This document shows, piece after piece, positions 12,274-27,768 of a stretch of DNA of 64,000 nt. The notes beneath the pieces are model-generated. The model did not search any database, was not told the DNA's origin, and saw only the letters and a list, made by a program, of their open reading frames with translations. Numbering within the stretch: the stretch's first letter is position 1; every line of letters begins with the position of its first letter. Origin of the DNA: Massalongia carnosa (lineage: Eukaryota); the NCBI GenBank assembly GCA_965645245.1, contig OZ287071.1:1364001-1428000 (forward strand), in the 5' to 3' direction. Position numbers and translations under genes: made by a program.

Positions 12274-13161
12274 TCATAACATCTCTTCATCCTCGGGCTC
12301 GTGTATGTGAACCACATTCTGCGCCTGGGCCTGGAATTGGTTGATCTGTTCGAACATGCCGTATTGGTGTTCCATCGGCTCTAGCATAAACTCATTAGGC
12401 TGCCAGTCCTTGGGTTGGCAAATGGGATCCGTGTCTTGACTATACTGAGTACTGAGAATTAATCCTATAGATGCCGGAATACTTTCAAGTCCCATCTTTT
12501 GCTGCTGATCTAGATAGTCCCGCTGCGCAAGCCGCTCGTAACCAGAAGTCATATAAATCTCGGCTGTGGAATGATTCAATCCACTAATCACGCTACAAGT
12601 AGACTCTTGCTCGTGGGGACCGTTGGCTTGATGATCTGCGAAGAAACGTTGTTGATAGCTCAGTAAAGCTTGGTCCTCTGCTTGTCTTAGCGCCGCATTC
12701 CCATATACCCCAAGCCCTCCAGCAAGCTCCTGACCCCCGTGACTGGCATAATTAGGGGGTGAAATACTCCAAAGTTGTATAAGCCTACGACGCTGGTCGT
12801 TATCCGCCTGTTCGAATAGAGTAAGCTGTGAACGATGAAGTGAAGAAGGCGGGATATTGTGCTGAGTGAGAGTCTGATAGATAGAAAGTCCCGAGGAAGG
12901 AACCGTGTTAGAAGAAGCATCGGTAGGCTGATGCGCTTTGGCAGCTTGTAAAACGTGTGCCGAATGGGTGTAATGCTGCGAGACGCTGTAGTTGATTGGG
13001 GGCACCAAAACCTGTATTTCGGCAGGCACCGTCTCCGTAATTCGGCTACTATTTTCGTAGGTCTGGCCCGAGAGGCTGATCTTCTGATCGAACAGCTCTG
13101 CAAGGTCCTGGCTTGACATGTCTTCGATCTCCTGCTGCTGCTGCTGCTGCTGCTGCATCAT
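12274..13161 (-). CDS. Fungal hypothetical protein with N-terminal polyQ
   Basis: Long single ORF with HNIPPSSLHRSQLTLFEQAD...RRRLIQLWSISPP and MEHQYG segments, ending DEEML; start codon uncertain. Confidence 0.75.
   Translation of the reverse strand: MMQQQQQQQQEIEDMSSQDLAELFDQKISLSGQTYENSSRITETVPAEIQVLVPPINYSVSQHYTHSAHVLQAAKAHQPTDASSNTVPSSGLSIYQTLTQHNIPPSSLHRSQLTLFEQADNDQRRRLIQLWSISPPNYASHGGQELAGGLGVYGNAALRQAEDQALLSYQQRFFADHQANGPHEQESTCSVISGLNHSTAEIYMTSGYERLAQRDYLDQQQKMGLESIPASIGLILSTQYSQDTDPICQPKDWQPNEFMLEPMEHQYGMFEQINQFQAQAQNVVHIHEPEDEEML
13132..13155 (-). repeat. (CAG)8 microsatellite encoding polyQ
   Basis: CTG x8 on the plus strand. Confidence 0.9.
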
Positions 13162-14063
13162 AGTGTGATGCACTCCGCGGCTGCCTAAGATGCTATGCAC
13201 ATGCAATATTAGTGACGAGTTACTCTGAAGGGGAAACGCAAGATACATGCCCACACTTTGGAGCTTGCTCTGTTTTCCTAGCTAGATGTGACAAGGACGA
13301 AATTTTGCACCAAACCAAACTCCTGGGCAGCCGCGAACTTCTAAAAGCTAATGTCGATAAGCTTAACGTTAGAGCTTGCAATACAAAGCACGAAAAGGAT
13401 TCCGAACAGTACTATCACTCAAAGGTGCTTGTTGATTTGCTAAATTTGACTATGCTATGTAATCTGCCTAAGCTGATGGTACGTAGCTAAAGAAAAGACC
13501 AGGAGGTTATGGGATATTCGAGGCTGAACCTAGGACTGGCAAAGGTCGAGTTACGAGGCTTCTCCAAACGGAGGTTACTCGAACTCTATGCTAATAGGAA
13601 GACTCGAGGACTAACTATATGAAAGTGAGTGCTAAAGTTCAGAGACTGAAGGGTTAAAGGACTACTTGAGTTATGACGTGGCTCCAGGATAGAACCTTAC
13701 TAGTCAGACTTAGCAAAAGAGTCACGAATTCAAGAGGCTAGGAATTAATCGCTTAGAAAGTTGATATTTTCGTAGGGTCGACTTGTAGACGCCCGTGTTT
13801 CTTGGTGGTGAAGCAATTATCGTAAGATACGGAGAAGTTATCTGTTGGTGAAAAGCGAAAGATAAGTTCACCACCTGATCTTGAGTAATAACGCTAGAGC
13901 TAATCGAGCTAATTTCTTCTAACTTTGCTAAACTTAAGCAAAACGTGCCAAGGTCTCTCGGCGCGCATACGAAAGACCCCTGCCTGGAAGTTATTAGTGC
14001 TTCTCTTGTCAAGAACTTACTCTTGTCTCCCAAAGCCTTTTTCACTGAATTTTCATTGCTATC

Positions 14064-15138
14064 ATGGTCAGTATCTTGTCTGAGACTCTTATTGCAAGCT
14101 CAAAGCTAAACACGTTTGGATACAAAGACATCCATTGGTACAGGGTACGATCTGTCGAATTCCGTTTTCTCACCGGATGGAAGGAATTTCCAGGCAAGCT
14201 CTTCCCGATGATCTCTAAAAGCTTGGACGTTGAATAGCTAATAGTAGCTTCAAATCCAGGTCGAGTATGCGGTCAAAGCGGTAGAAAACGGAGGCACAGC
14301 AGTGGGCATACGGTGCAAGGATGGCGTGGTCTTGGCTGTGGAGAAGATCATAAGTAGCAAGCTCCTCAAACCGGGGGCGAACAAGAGAATAGCGACTGTG
14401 GATAGAAATATAGGGGTGGTTTCTTCAGGACTTGTACCAGATGGTCGACACTTTGTTTCACGAGCGCGAGATGAGGCTGCCTCATGGCGGTCAACCTACA
14501 AAAGTCCCATTCCCATTGCGGCACTCGCCAGCAGGCTGGGAAGCTATGTTCAAGCTTTCACTCTTTACTCCAGCGTACGGCCATTCGGAGTGACCGCCAT
14601 AGTCGGGGGTTGGGATTCCGAGGCTGAGCATGGAGTCGATGGGCAAGTGGGCAGCGGGCCAAAGGTAGGTGCCGGCGGGAAAGTAAAAGGAACTAAGGCT
14701 GGCGGACCCGGTCTGTACATGATCGAGCCGAGTGGTCTCTACTGGGTACGGGTTACGCCCCCTTCTACGCTTCTGTGCACTTGAGCTAAAAACAGCTACA
14801 AACAGGGCTACTACGGCGCCGCTACCGGTAAAGGTCGACAAGCTGCCAAGGCAGAGTTGGAGAAGCTTGATCTCACATCCGGTACCTTGTCGCTCGAAGC
14901 AGGCGTCAAGGAAGCCGCGCGCATAATCTACGTTGCGCACGAAGACAGCAAGGACAAAGACTTCGAGCTGGAAATGTCGTGGATAAGTTCTCTGGACGGC
15001 CCGACAAAGGGCCGACATGAGGAAGTGCCGAAGCATATCCTGGACGAGGCCGAAAAGGCCGCAAAGAAGTCCATGGAGAGTGAAGAGGAAGACGACACGC
15101 CGACCGGGGAAGCAGAAGGGGAGACGATGGAGGAGTAG
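14064..15138 (+). CDS. PRE10: 20S proteasome subunit alpha7
   Basis: M|TSIGTGYDLSNSVFSPDGRNFQ|VEYAVKAVENGG; YSSVRPFG; GKGRQAAKAELEKL; KDKDFELEMSW; acidic tail. Confidence 0.95.
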
Positions 15139-15539
15139 GGGTTTCTTGTGTCGGAATGCAATGTACTGTATAACTCCTAAACCTTAGGATCAAGCGATTA
15201 AGGGAAACATGGGCTTTCGGTTTATGCACCCATAGAGATAGGGGAGCACAACTCTGCCTCTGAAGGTTGGAAATCAAGCGTGTTGTCCCTCACGACCCCG
15301 GGTATCAACTTGTCCTTACCCACCTAAATTACTTCCGGCAAAGAAATCCTCCGAACGCCCCCCGGGGATCATTATTTTCCATCGGTATTCGCTCGACTAG
15401 ATTATTCGAGCAACGTCTCATCGGTAAAGTTGCAGCCCAGCCTTCGCTCTTCTACTTCAATGAGGCTCCGAAAGTCATAGCTTTGTCTCTACACGTGGCA
15501 TCCGGCTCGAGAACTCCAAACCTTTAGATCTTTCCTCCC

Positions 15540-16414
15540 CTACCCTACCTTCCCCTCCTCCCACGTTCTCCTCTTTACCCCCAGTTCCACAGCCGCACTT
15601 CCCCAATCCTCCCCATGACAATGCCCCCCCATTTCTATCTCATTGGGGAGTCCCGCCCTCCGCCACGCCTGCCCCTCATTCAGCACGGTCAACAGCCCAA
15701 ACACAACGGGTACCCCGCCGTCTAGCTGGACACGCATCAGGCCATGCGAGACAGCGTCGGCGATATACTCAAAGTGCATGGTTTCGCCTTTGATCAGCAC
15801 ACCGATGGCGATGATGGCATCGAAGGGGGTAGCCAGCGGTTGAGGGGGGATGGAGGAGGAGGAGGTTTCCGGCGCGGGGGTTAGAGGGGGCGAGGGTTTT
15901 TGCGGAGGCGGGGAGGTGAGGTCGGAGAGGGAGATGGACGAAAGGAGGTTGGTGGCGGAGGGGGTGGAGGCGGTTGGTTGCGTCGCGGATTGGAGCTGCG
16001 AGGCTGCGTAGATCCTGCAAACACCCTTCTCCCTCTCCAACGGGATATTATTAGATAAAGGAACTAGATGGTATTTCACCGGAGGCCAGGCCGCCGAGAC
16101 AAGTCGAAAGTGATGGTGGGAATGGAGAAGGTAGGGTGTGTACGGACTTTTGCACCGCAAATGGTAATTCCCAACTCCCCGGTACGTCTTCCACAACTAT
16201 GTTATGCTCCTGGACCCCAGCTGCAAGGAGAGATTTGTAGGCTCCGGCCACGAGAGCGGAGACAATGGTGGTGTTCCAGCGTGCATGTACAATGGCGATG
16301 CGGAGCTTTGCTCCTAAGGGGGTGGGGGATTAGCCTAGAGGGAGTTTAGATGGTTGAGAGGACGGGGTTACCGTTATGGGTTTGGGCTTTGCCGGGACCT
16401 TTAAGTGAGGCCAT
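15540..16414 (-). CDS. RIB4: 6,7-dimethyl-8-ribityllumazine synthase
   Basis: MASLKGPG, LRIAIVHARWN, VPGSWELP, IGVLIKGETMHFEYI, HGEDWGSAAVELG. Confidence 0.93.
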
Positions 16415-16965
16415 AAGTTTGTTTTAAATGGAGTAGTTGGATTTGGACTATACAGTTCAGGTGGAAGGTAATGGGGATGGGGGTTCTGTTGAAGGTGTTG
16501 TGGGCACTATCCGTTGCGCATCATGCAGTTCGTTCGGAAGGTGAAATTTGTGATGGTGGATTTAAAAGTGAATATGATTGAATATGAGTTACTTTTCTAC
16601 CACCCGACGAATACTGGAATTATCTGTAATCTAGACACAGTCATGGTTTAACTCCTGAAAGCGATGTTAGATGTATTTCTCTAAGTTCAAAAAAACACAG
16701 TCTTCAGGGCAGGGTTTTGCAAACAGACGTTAATAGATCAGTGAGCCGGCGCAGTCATAATGATACAGGTTTGGATGGATAATCTTTTCTATCAATGTCC
16801 CGTTGTTGGCTCATCGAGCAATCTAACTTTGTCCATAACTCTGGTTCCTGAATTTCGCCATGCCCAATCATTATCCCATCGGGGTGAACAGACGACCAAC
16901 GTAGCCTTCGTTCACTTCCCTTCACGTAACGGCCCACCCAAACAATTTTGTCTTTCCTGCAACCT

Positions 16966-19323
<2,358 letters not shown>

Positions 19324-21499
19324 GTTTGCTCGTAAGGCTCCGCTGCTGGATTGATTAATTGGGCTACAGTGTGAATGAGACTGTAGAGACAAGCTTGATG
19401 AGTTGAGAGGGTATGTCTTAATCAGGTCGAGGTTGGATGGGGTATGGGAGCTGAGAAGGGAAGTGTGAAGTGAGTTTGGGTCAGCTTTTAAGTCGGAGCA
19501 TTTGCAGTGTTGCAGTGTGAAACGGGCATAAGAAAGCCGAGTTTCTGTGGCTGTTCCTAGCTTCACTGGTTTTGCCTGTGCTTTTGGACCCTTGTTCGCC
19601 AAGCTGCCAAGCAGCTGAAGCTGTATTTATGCATCATACGGTTTGGTACCGAGTATTATTCACTAGTTAGTTTGCTCTCCGAGGCATGCACACAGTAGTA
19701 GGTATCTACTTTGTATCCGTACTGTTGTATATAATATCATACACCTTGGCTCCTACCTTCTTTGCCACGTAATAGGAAAGGAAGGCCCGTATCTACACAG
19801 TAAGTAGAAATACTCCCAGACTGGTAAACGATCGGCATTTGTACCTTACAGTAGCGCCGCATCCGGAGTTGTTTGGTTGGGGCAATCCAAACCAACGAGG
19901 TCTCACGCATATGATGATGAATCAGGCACACTACTCTATACCTGTAATCCTTTCAGCTGAAGTTTACACAGCCATGGCCTATAGAAAACCTTGACGAAGT
20001 GTGTGAACACCTTTGTCTCGGCCCCAGCCTTGACGCTTCTGTCCGATTAGCGGGCTGAAAACCCGCATAACGCTACGAGCTCCGGCTACCTGAGCGCTTC
20101 ACTTACAGACTTTCCGATTTTACCATGTTTCTTGCCAATTCAGTAACCCGATGAATTCTGGACCATGGACAGCTGGGTTTATAACGTGGTGTAGAGCCTA
20201 GGCTCTTGACCTGTGAAGACAGATGCGACAGTCTGATCTGAAAGGGAAGAGTTAAGGTTATACCGAAACTGCTTCAGATGAAAGGACTTGCTGGTTTGCT
20301 CTATATGGAGTGATACCAAGCTATCATGAAGAAGGTAGGTCAATCGCTACGCTCTCTTGTGGGCTAGGGAAAGGGAGGACTGCAGGGTGCCTCGGACCAT
20401 ATTTGAACGTAACTGACCCTGAGAAGGAATTGTGTGAGGTACTGCGAACAATACATTATATAAATCGTTGCCTCTTCTACAAAGCGTCAAACTACCCGAC
20501 TATCTACTCGCCACTATCTCAGTCAAATGGCCCATAGCATTGCTCCTTCATGGTTGCTAGCTAGTCTCGTCGAATTCGAGCCTATTGGTTGTGCGATGGC
20601 TGTATTGTTTGAATCCAGAGAAGAAAACAGATGATACGCAACGAAGCGCAACGCGCGGGGCCCAAAGGCTTGCTACAATTCTCGTCAGCATGCCAGTTTC
20701 ATCGGGTATTTTCAGAAGGACAAGACATGAGGCATGGTACTATGGATGAGTTTGAAAGCTATCCTATACAATGTTTTACACTCATATAACAAGCTGGATG
20801 AGACTTTAGTTGACGATTAGAAAAAGCATGGCATCAAAAGACACAAGGAAGTTAACGCTCAGTGTTGTTCAATAGAGGGAGGAATGAATAGATAAATAAC
20901 TATCATTGGCTAGCATGCAGCTTGGCATTGTGACTTGATGAAGGGAATAAATAATAATGGTGATTGTGATGGTGTTTGGCAACCTGACGGCCATGTTCAT
21001 GAATAGAGCACAGAATTACTCCCTACAAAGTACGCGTGCGGCAATGACCGAATAATTTCTCTCCTTATGAATAGGACACTTGGAATGAGGTACCGCATTG
21101 CCCGGAGACCAAAAGTCAACCACCACTTCAACACCCTCAGTCCAGAAAATCACCAAAGCTCACCTTTTCCTTCCACACCTTCAACCTCGAGTTTCCACAT
21201 CGCACACCTTACCATCCTCCAAGTTGATTCCATACTTTTTCATCATCAAAGACGCCCGCCACTCCTGACACTCCCCCCACCACGTCTCGCCAGATCCACA
21301 GCTCACGTACCTGGTTCGCGTTCGGCCAGACCAAAAGCGAAATCCCTCCACCGCGTAAGAAGCAAAGACTTTTACTGCCAACGTTAGGAAGCGGCAGTAT
21401 TTAATATATGCAACGGAATTTGGATATTTCTTCTTGTTTATAGTGGGCGGCTGGGGTGACGAGATGGTGCATTTTAACCGTTTCAGGTAATCTTGCAGC

Positions 21500-24400
21500 A
21501 TGTCGCGCTCTTCCAAGGGCTTCGCCGACTTCTTCCCCACTGCTCCCTCAGTGCTTCAGCAGAAACGCACCAAAGCTGCTCAATTCCGAAGAAGACCCAA
21601 ATCACCCCCGGTTGCTGAATCCAAACCTGCGCATGCACCATCTGTGTCTGCTGGGCCTCTCCATGGCCAGAGCGAGAAGAAAATTCTTACCAACGGTACA
21701 CGTTATGACCACCTTCATTCTGGCTCAGGACCAGCAGCACAGGATGAGAGCGAATGTGCGCAAGGTGACCTGCTGAATGGGGTCGGCTCCGCAAGCTCTA
21801 CCAGTACGGTGTCATCCATCTTTAGTATGAGGCACCCCACCATAAATATAGCGCATGCAAACAATTCTCGCAAGTCTACCAGCGTAACACCTTTGACGAA
21901 CCTGGACTCTTCACCGCCCTCGAATGCCCCAGATTTACATCAAACACGAGCCTCTCGCGATGACATTGAACCTGGGAGGAAGTTGAACAGATCCCCTTTG
22001 CAGTTACATGCTAAGGAAAGACTATCGCTCATAAGTCCATTGCATATACAGCTGGCGCATCCAACTCAAGCAAGGCCCGGTAGGGGGGAGGCCAAAGGGC
22101 TCAAGCTCACCTATGACCCATATCTTGACAAGAAGCTGTCCTCGGAGAAAAGGCACAACAGTCAGGTTCAGTACGAAGCTTTTGGCAACGACGTAAGTCT
22201 CATGGTTACAGTTACTGCCAATGACTCAACCTATGTAGCCGTCACAACATGATATGTACTGACAATGGTACAGGATGATGAACTACCTCCAGCAGATCCA
22301 CGCTTGAGCATCGCCAATTACGCCAAGGGATTTGCCAATAAGCCAAAATTTTACCTTCGCCCATCACCTTATTTGCTGAAACCATATTCCTACGAGGCCG
22401 AAACCTCGATTGGGCCCGGCCCACCAGTCAAGATTGTTGTAACTGGATTCGATCCCCTTGTTCCTGTTAACCAGATTCATCATCTATTCTCTAGTTTTGG
22501 GGAGATCGCAGAAATCGATAACAAGACGGATCCCATAAATGGTAGCTTTCTTGGAATATGTCTTATACGATACCGGGACAGCCGGTCGGTCCGGGGTGGG
22601 CCAGCGACTTCAGCGACTGCAGCTGCCAGACGAGCGCATTCCGAATGCAGAAGAGGCCAACAGAGAGTTGGTCTATGCGCAGTTTTTGCAGATCTTGATC
22701 GTGATGGGAGCGTTGGTCGTCGAGTGGTGGCGAGGGCCATCGAGAGGCTGCGTCCGAAGAAGAAGCCGGAGGAGAGGCCAAAAAAGGTAGAAGCCATCGA
22801 CACATCAGGGCCTCCACCCTCGGCGCCGAAGGGGCCGTCAGGCAAGTCTTGCATGCGACCGGTGCCGCCACCTCCTCCGCTTCCAGAGGGACTCCGAGTA
22901 ATGGTCAAGCCTCAGATGCCAAATCTTATAGAGGAGAAACCAATTTTAGACCAGATAAGACGGGATCCATATATCTTCATCGCTCAATGCTATGTCCCAG
23001 TGTTAAGCGCGACAATTCCACATCTCAAGAAGAGATTAAAAGCATTCAGTTTCAAGGATGTTCGCTGCGATAAAACAGGCTACTATGTTACCTTTGAAGA
23101 CTCGAGAAGAGGCGAGGAAGAGGCGGCAAGATGCTTCAAGTCTTGTTATATGACGCAACTATTCACCTATATAATGAATATGGAGTGTCAGCAATATGGC
23201 AATCCGTCATATGAAAGAAGTCCAAGTCCTGAAAGAGTTAGAGCCGAGTTGCGCGCGAAACTTACTCGTGAGAGGTTACAAAAGGAAGAGGAGCTTGAAA
23301 TTGATGAAGAAAAAAGGCAGAGAGCGGCGAATTTAGATCCGGTTCGTGAAATGATAGACATTCTCAGGAAAGAGCTGAAAGACAAAATTCTGGAAGACGT
23401 GAAATCAAGAATCGTTGCCCCCGCACTTTATGAATTTCTAGATCCCGACAGGCATGTTGAGAAGCGCCGAAGGCTGAACATTTCAGACCCAGAAAACGGA
23501 CGCCGTCCTGGGATTCATGTTGAAAGGGCAGAGGAGACGCCGCCAACCGGAACTCCTGATTCTAGGAACGAGCTCCACCGCCGCCCGTTTTCAACATCAA
23601 CACTACACGTAACGGCGCTACCAAGGATACGCAAAGGGGTAGGTAATAAACGAGAAAATGTTGGATTTGCGGATGAGCGTCGGAAGCAAAGAATGCCGAA
23701 GAAGATGGATATCAGGCCACTTCATCATCGTCTATACCAGTTTCGTGATGACGATGAGGATTCAGAAGACGAGCACCGAACATCGCTTACGAGAGACACG
23801 GAAGACCAAGAGAGCAGGCCGTTAAGTCGAATGAGTATGAGTACCGTGCCTTCCGAGGAGAACATAGCGCCTGGAGACGATAACCAGCGTCCTGATAATT
23901 CACCTTGGAGAGATATAGGCGAAGGAGCAGAAATGGGAGATGATGTGTCAGCCATGACAGAATTTGAGCCGGAAGTTTCTGCGGACGCTATTTTGGATTC
24001 TCTGGAGCAAGATGCAAACAAACTTCCATCAGCTTCAAGAAAGAGGAAGCGGCTCCTGCAAGAACTGGCTGCAAGAAAAAAGCAAAAGGAGGATGACGAA
24101 CTCTTTGGCATCGGCAAAGATGATGAGACTCTGGTTATACCTCCAGCAGTGAAAAATGAGTTTTTTGTCGCTGATATCACATTGGTGCCGGATGACAGCG
24201 GAATCGAGGTTCTGTCAAAGGAAGCCAGCGAGACCCCGGACCAGGACACTGAAACGAAAAAGCCAAAGGCTAAAAGGCAAAAGACAAAGAAGAAAACGAA
24301 GAAGCAGATCTTCGAAGAACGAGAAGCCCTCAAGAAAGCGCAGGCCAAGGTTCAATTGGATGATCTACTAGCCATGGCCCCGAAGGTTGTTGAGGTTATA

Positions 24401-25508
24401 CCAGAAGAAGAGGCTAAAGTAGAGGAGCAATCGAAACCAGAGATCGATTGGGGCGTCTCCAATGATGAACCGAGACGAACGGTGGAGGAAGATCCTGATA
24501 TGGTTCTCGATCTGGACGGCTGGCAGTACCTAATCAAGGATGACGAAGATCTCCATTTTCTAAGGAAAGCCTTGGAGAATCAGCCTGCCGCTCCTCTAGG
24601 CAATCTCTCCGCATGGGCATGGAAACAGAAAGAAGTCAAGGCGCTCAATCGTGCGGGCGAACGTGGCATTGTACGAGAAGAAACTAAAATCGAGGGTTAC
24701 TATGTACCCAACAGCTCCGGTTCAGCTCGGACTGAGGGAACAAAGAAGATTTTGGAGTCGGAAAAATCCAAATATCTACCTCATCGTATCAAAGTCCAGA
24801 AAGCCCGGGAAGAGCGAGAGGCTCAAGCGAAGGAAGACCCGAGCGCCGTTGCAGCCGAAGCCGCGAGGCTAGCTCTGGCCAAGAGTACCTCTAAGTCCTC
24901 ATCCAGGTCCAACCGTGTAAATAATCGCCGGCTCGTTGCCGATATCGCTGCTCAGAAGCAGGTTCTTGCTACATCAAATGGTGAAGGTGATGTACTCCGC
25001 TTCAATCAGCTTAAAAAACGGAAGAAACCCGTCAAGTTCGCCCGTTCTGCCATACATAATTGGGGGCTTTACGCGATGGAGAATATTGCGGCCAACGACA
25101 TGATCATTGAATATGTTGGCGAAAAGGTCCGGCAGCAAGTTGCAGACATGAGAGAACGACAATACCTCAAAAGCGGAATTGGCAGCAGTTATCTTTTCAG
25201 GATCGACGAAAATACCGTCATCGACGCTACGAAAAGGGGTGGTATCGCGCGTTTCATTAACCATAGCTGTACTCCTAATTGCACCGCGAAAATCATCAAG
25301 GTCGAAGGCAGCAAGCGGATCGTTATCTACGCGCTACGGGACATTGGACAAAGTAAGTCCTTTAATCAGACCTGTTGTATATGGCGTATGCTAACCAAGG
25401 ATAGATGAGGAGCTCACTTATGATTACAAGTTCGAGCGCGAGTGGGATAGCGATGATCGCATACCGTGTCTATGCGGATCGACCGGGTGTAAAGGGTTTC
25501 TCAACTAG
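21500..25508 (+). CDS. SET1: Histone H3K4 methyltransferase Set1
   Basis: [13 protein letters not shown]-terminus, RRM, N-SET (GSARTEG), SET domain ([11 protein letters not shown]...[12 protein letters not shown]), post-[16 protein letters not shown]; two introns. Confidence 0.97.
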
Positions 25509-26172
25509 GCCAATGAAGCACCCGCTTTGTACCTTCTTATCTATTGTCGTTCTTCTCCAGCGAGTTTGGGTCGAAAATAGCGTAGCATGGCGTGACCTCT
25601 TTTTTCGGTGCATTGCAGGGGCGTTTTGACACCATCAATGCCGATTTTGTTTTTTCATGTTTTCCAAATCCAAACAAAGAGGACAATACCCGGTTTGTGC
25701 ACATCTGAAGCCAGCATATTTGGGTGCCCGCGGCGCTGGAGCCATGGTGCCCATTGCGCACGTTCTTGTACCATACTAGGCATGCTAGAAAGATGCCGTT
25801 TGGGGGACGATGGGTGGGGCAGGTTGGGAGATATCCGAACCCCCCCCCCCGCCCCCCCTCTCCCCTTTCGTTTGATCATGTTTAAAAGACAATGTTTTGA
25901 GCCCCTGCGATCCTGTAATGGTTCTTCTCCGCTTGATGACTTCAGGCCACTTCGAATACCCCTTGGTATTCCGCTTCTCGCGAATAATCGCTGCTCGGCC
26001 GAAGGCTGCGTCCATGGTGCTTCGCGGTCCTCCAGCCAAATTTACCGGCCCATGCAACTCTATCATTTCTCGATTCAACACCGTAAAACCCCCCTCCTAT
26101 TTTCCTCCCCCCGAAACCATGCATCCTTGTAACCCCCCACCAAAATCCACCCTCAAGCACCATGCTCTCTCT

Positions 26173-26945
26173 TCACACTAAAAAAATCAGCCTTTTTCCA
26201 ATCCACCATCTCCCGAATCCTGCTTCCAAACCCCAGAGCCATAAACCCCCCCTTTAATAAAAAAAAAACCAATGAACCAACCAAAGACAGAAAAGGAACA
26301 GAAAACCCACCAAGATGATTCGGCAGCAGGAAATTCGCAATCCCCTCCTTGATGCGGTACTCGTGCCCGCAGTTTCCACACACGAGCTTGCCCTCGCGCA
26401 CCTCCGTCTCGAGCAGCAGTGTGTGCAGGTCGCGCAGCACCTTGTCGTTGGCTTTGGCGTCGGTGTTGGTGTCGGTGTCGGCGTCGATGTCGGGAGGGGG
26501 AGAAGGCTTGGTGGCGGGGAGAGTAGTGAAGCTAAGCTAGAGATAGTGTTGGTTTTGGTTTTGGGGGGGGGGGAGGGGGATAGATAGATCCCGCAAGGTT
26601 CCAGATGGAAAGAGAGATGAAAAGAAAAGACAAGGAAAGAGCAATTTCGTAGAAATGTATGCAACAGGGAACAGAGAATCCTCCAGAGGCCCTCTTCCCA
26701 AGTTTAAACTCCTAATAAAACTAACCCCCCCGTCAAAATAAATTAAATAAACAACCTACCTCCCCCGCCGTCAGCTTCACCACCTCCCAGTCCAGGCGCG
26801 GCAGGATGTTGGCCAGAAACCGCGGGTTGTACTCGATGTCAGAGCGCTCGAGCTCAGCGTCGCGGAAATGCAGCGGAAAAGCCAGCGGGGAGGTCTTGCA
26901 AGTCTTGATGGCGCAGGTGAGGAAATTGACGGTTAGGAGTTTCAT
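26173..26945 (-). CDS. TRM112: Trm112 methyltransferase activator
   Basis: MKLLTVNFLTCAIKTC...FPL; LHTLLLETEVREGKLVCGNCGHEYRIKEGIANFLLPNHL|V*; introns are homopolymer-rich. Confidence 0.92.
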
Positions 26946-27768
26946 TGTTGGAAGGTTGGGTTTGTGGGAGATTTGAAAGAACCGGAGTGAGAAGTTCCTT
27001 TTAAGGTTTAGGGAAGGGGAAAGGAGCGGGGTTTGGGTTGCTGGGTTGTTGTGTGTGGAATGGGGAGGGAAAGGAAGAGGCGGAGCGGGGTCTTGGGCGG
27101 AAGTGGTGGGGGTTGTATGCAAGGCTGGGAGAGTAAAAGATTTGAATAGCATCATATACTATTGAGCATATGTAATTTACATTCAATCACTCGAGACCGG
27201 GATGAGAAGGTGCGGCCAAGTAAGTTCATCGCATGGGAAAGCAATCAAGCCACCTTGGTGCTTCATTTCTATCTTCTGAGCTACTGGTGGTATGTTGGGT
27301 TACTCATGTTGTTTGATTGATCGATATTCTAGCTCTATGTTCGCTCCAGTCCGTGACGATCCTTGGGTGGCTATCGTCACGGCGAGCAACTGCTCCGATT
27401 GCTCTTGGAGCAGGCTGAGGAAGCCTCATCAAGGGTTTGGATGGTAAACCAGTTTATCTTGAGATATCTCGAGTATGGAGCATTCGTTGGTGGATTGAAT
27501 ACCTGATCTGCGTCGTTGTCGACTCTTTTCACTTGAACAATGGACTGCTCCTACAGGAATACATCGGAAAATGAACATAAGTGATTAATGCTGCATGCTG
27601 CGTGTAAGTAGACACCAGAACTCCTCTGATAACGATACGAACTTGCCCCTAGTTTTATCGTGCTTTCGGGAACACAATAGTTAATCTAATGCCCGCTGTC
27701 TCTTTGACGTAAAACAGTCAAGGGCGCAGGTGAAAGCAGTACTGTAACAGGAGTTCATCATACCTCGG

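Noticed and set aside
19700..21000. Short ORFs, a small GCGGG/CCCGC hairpin and a C/D-box-like ATGATGA...CTGA between GFA1 and SET1
   Set aside because: No coherent gene model, terminal stem or recognisable rRNA guide sequence.
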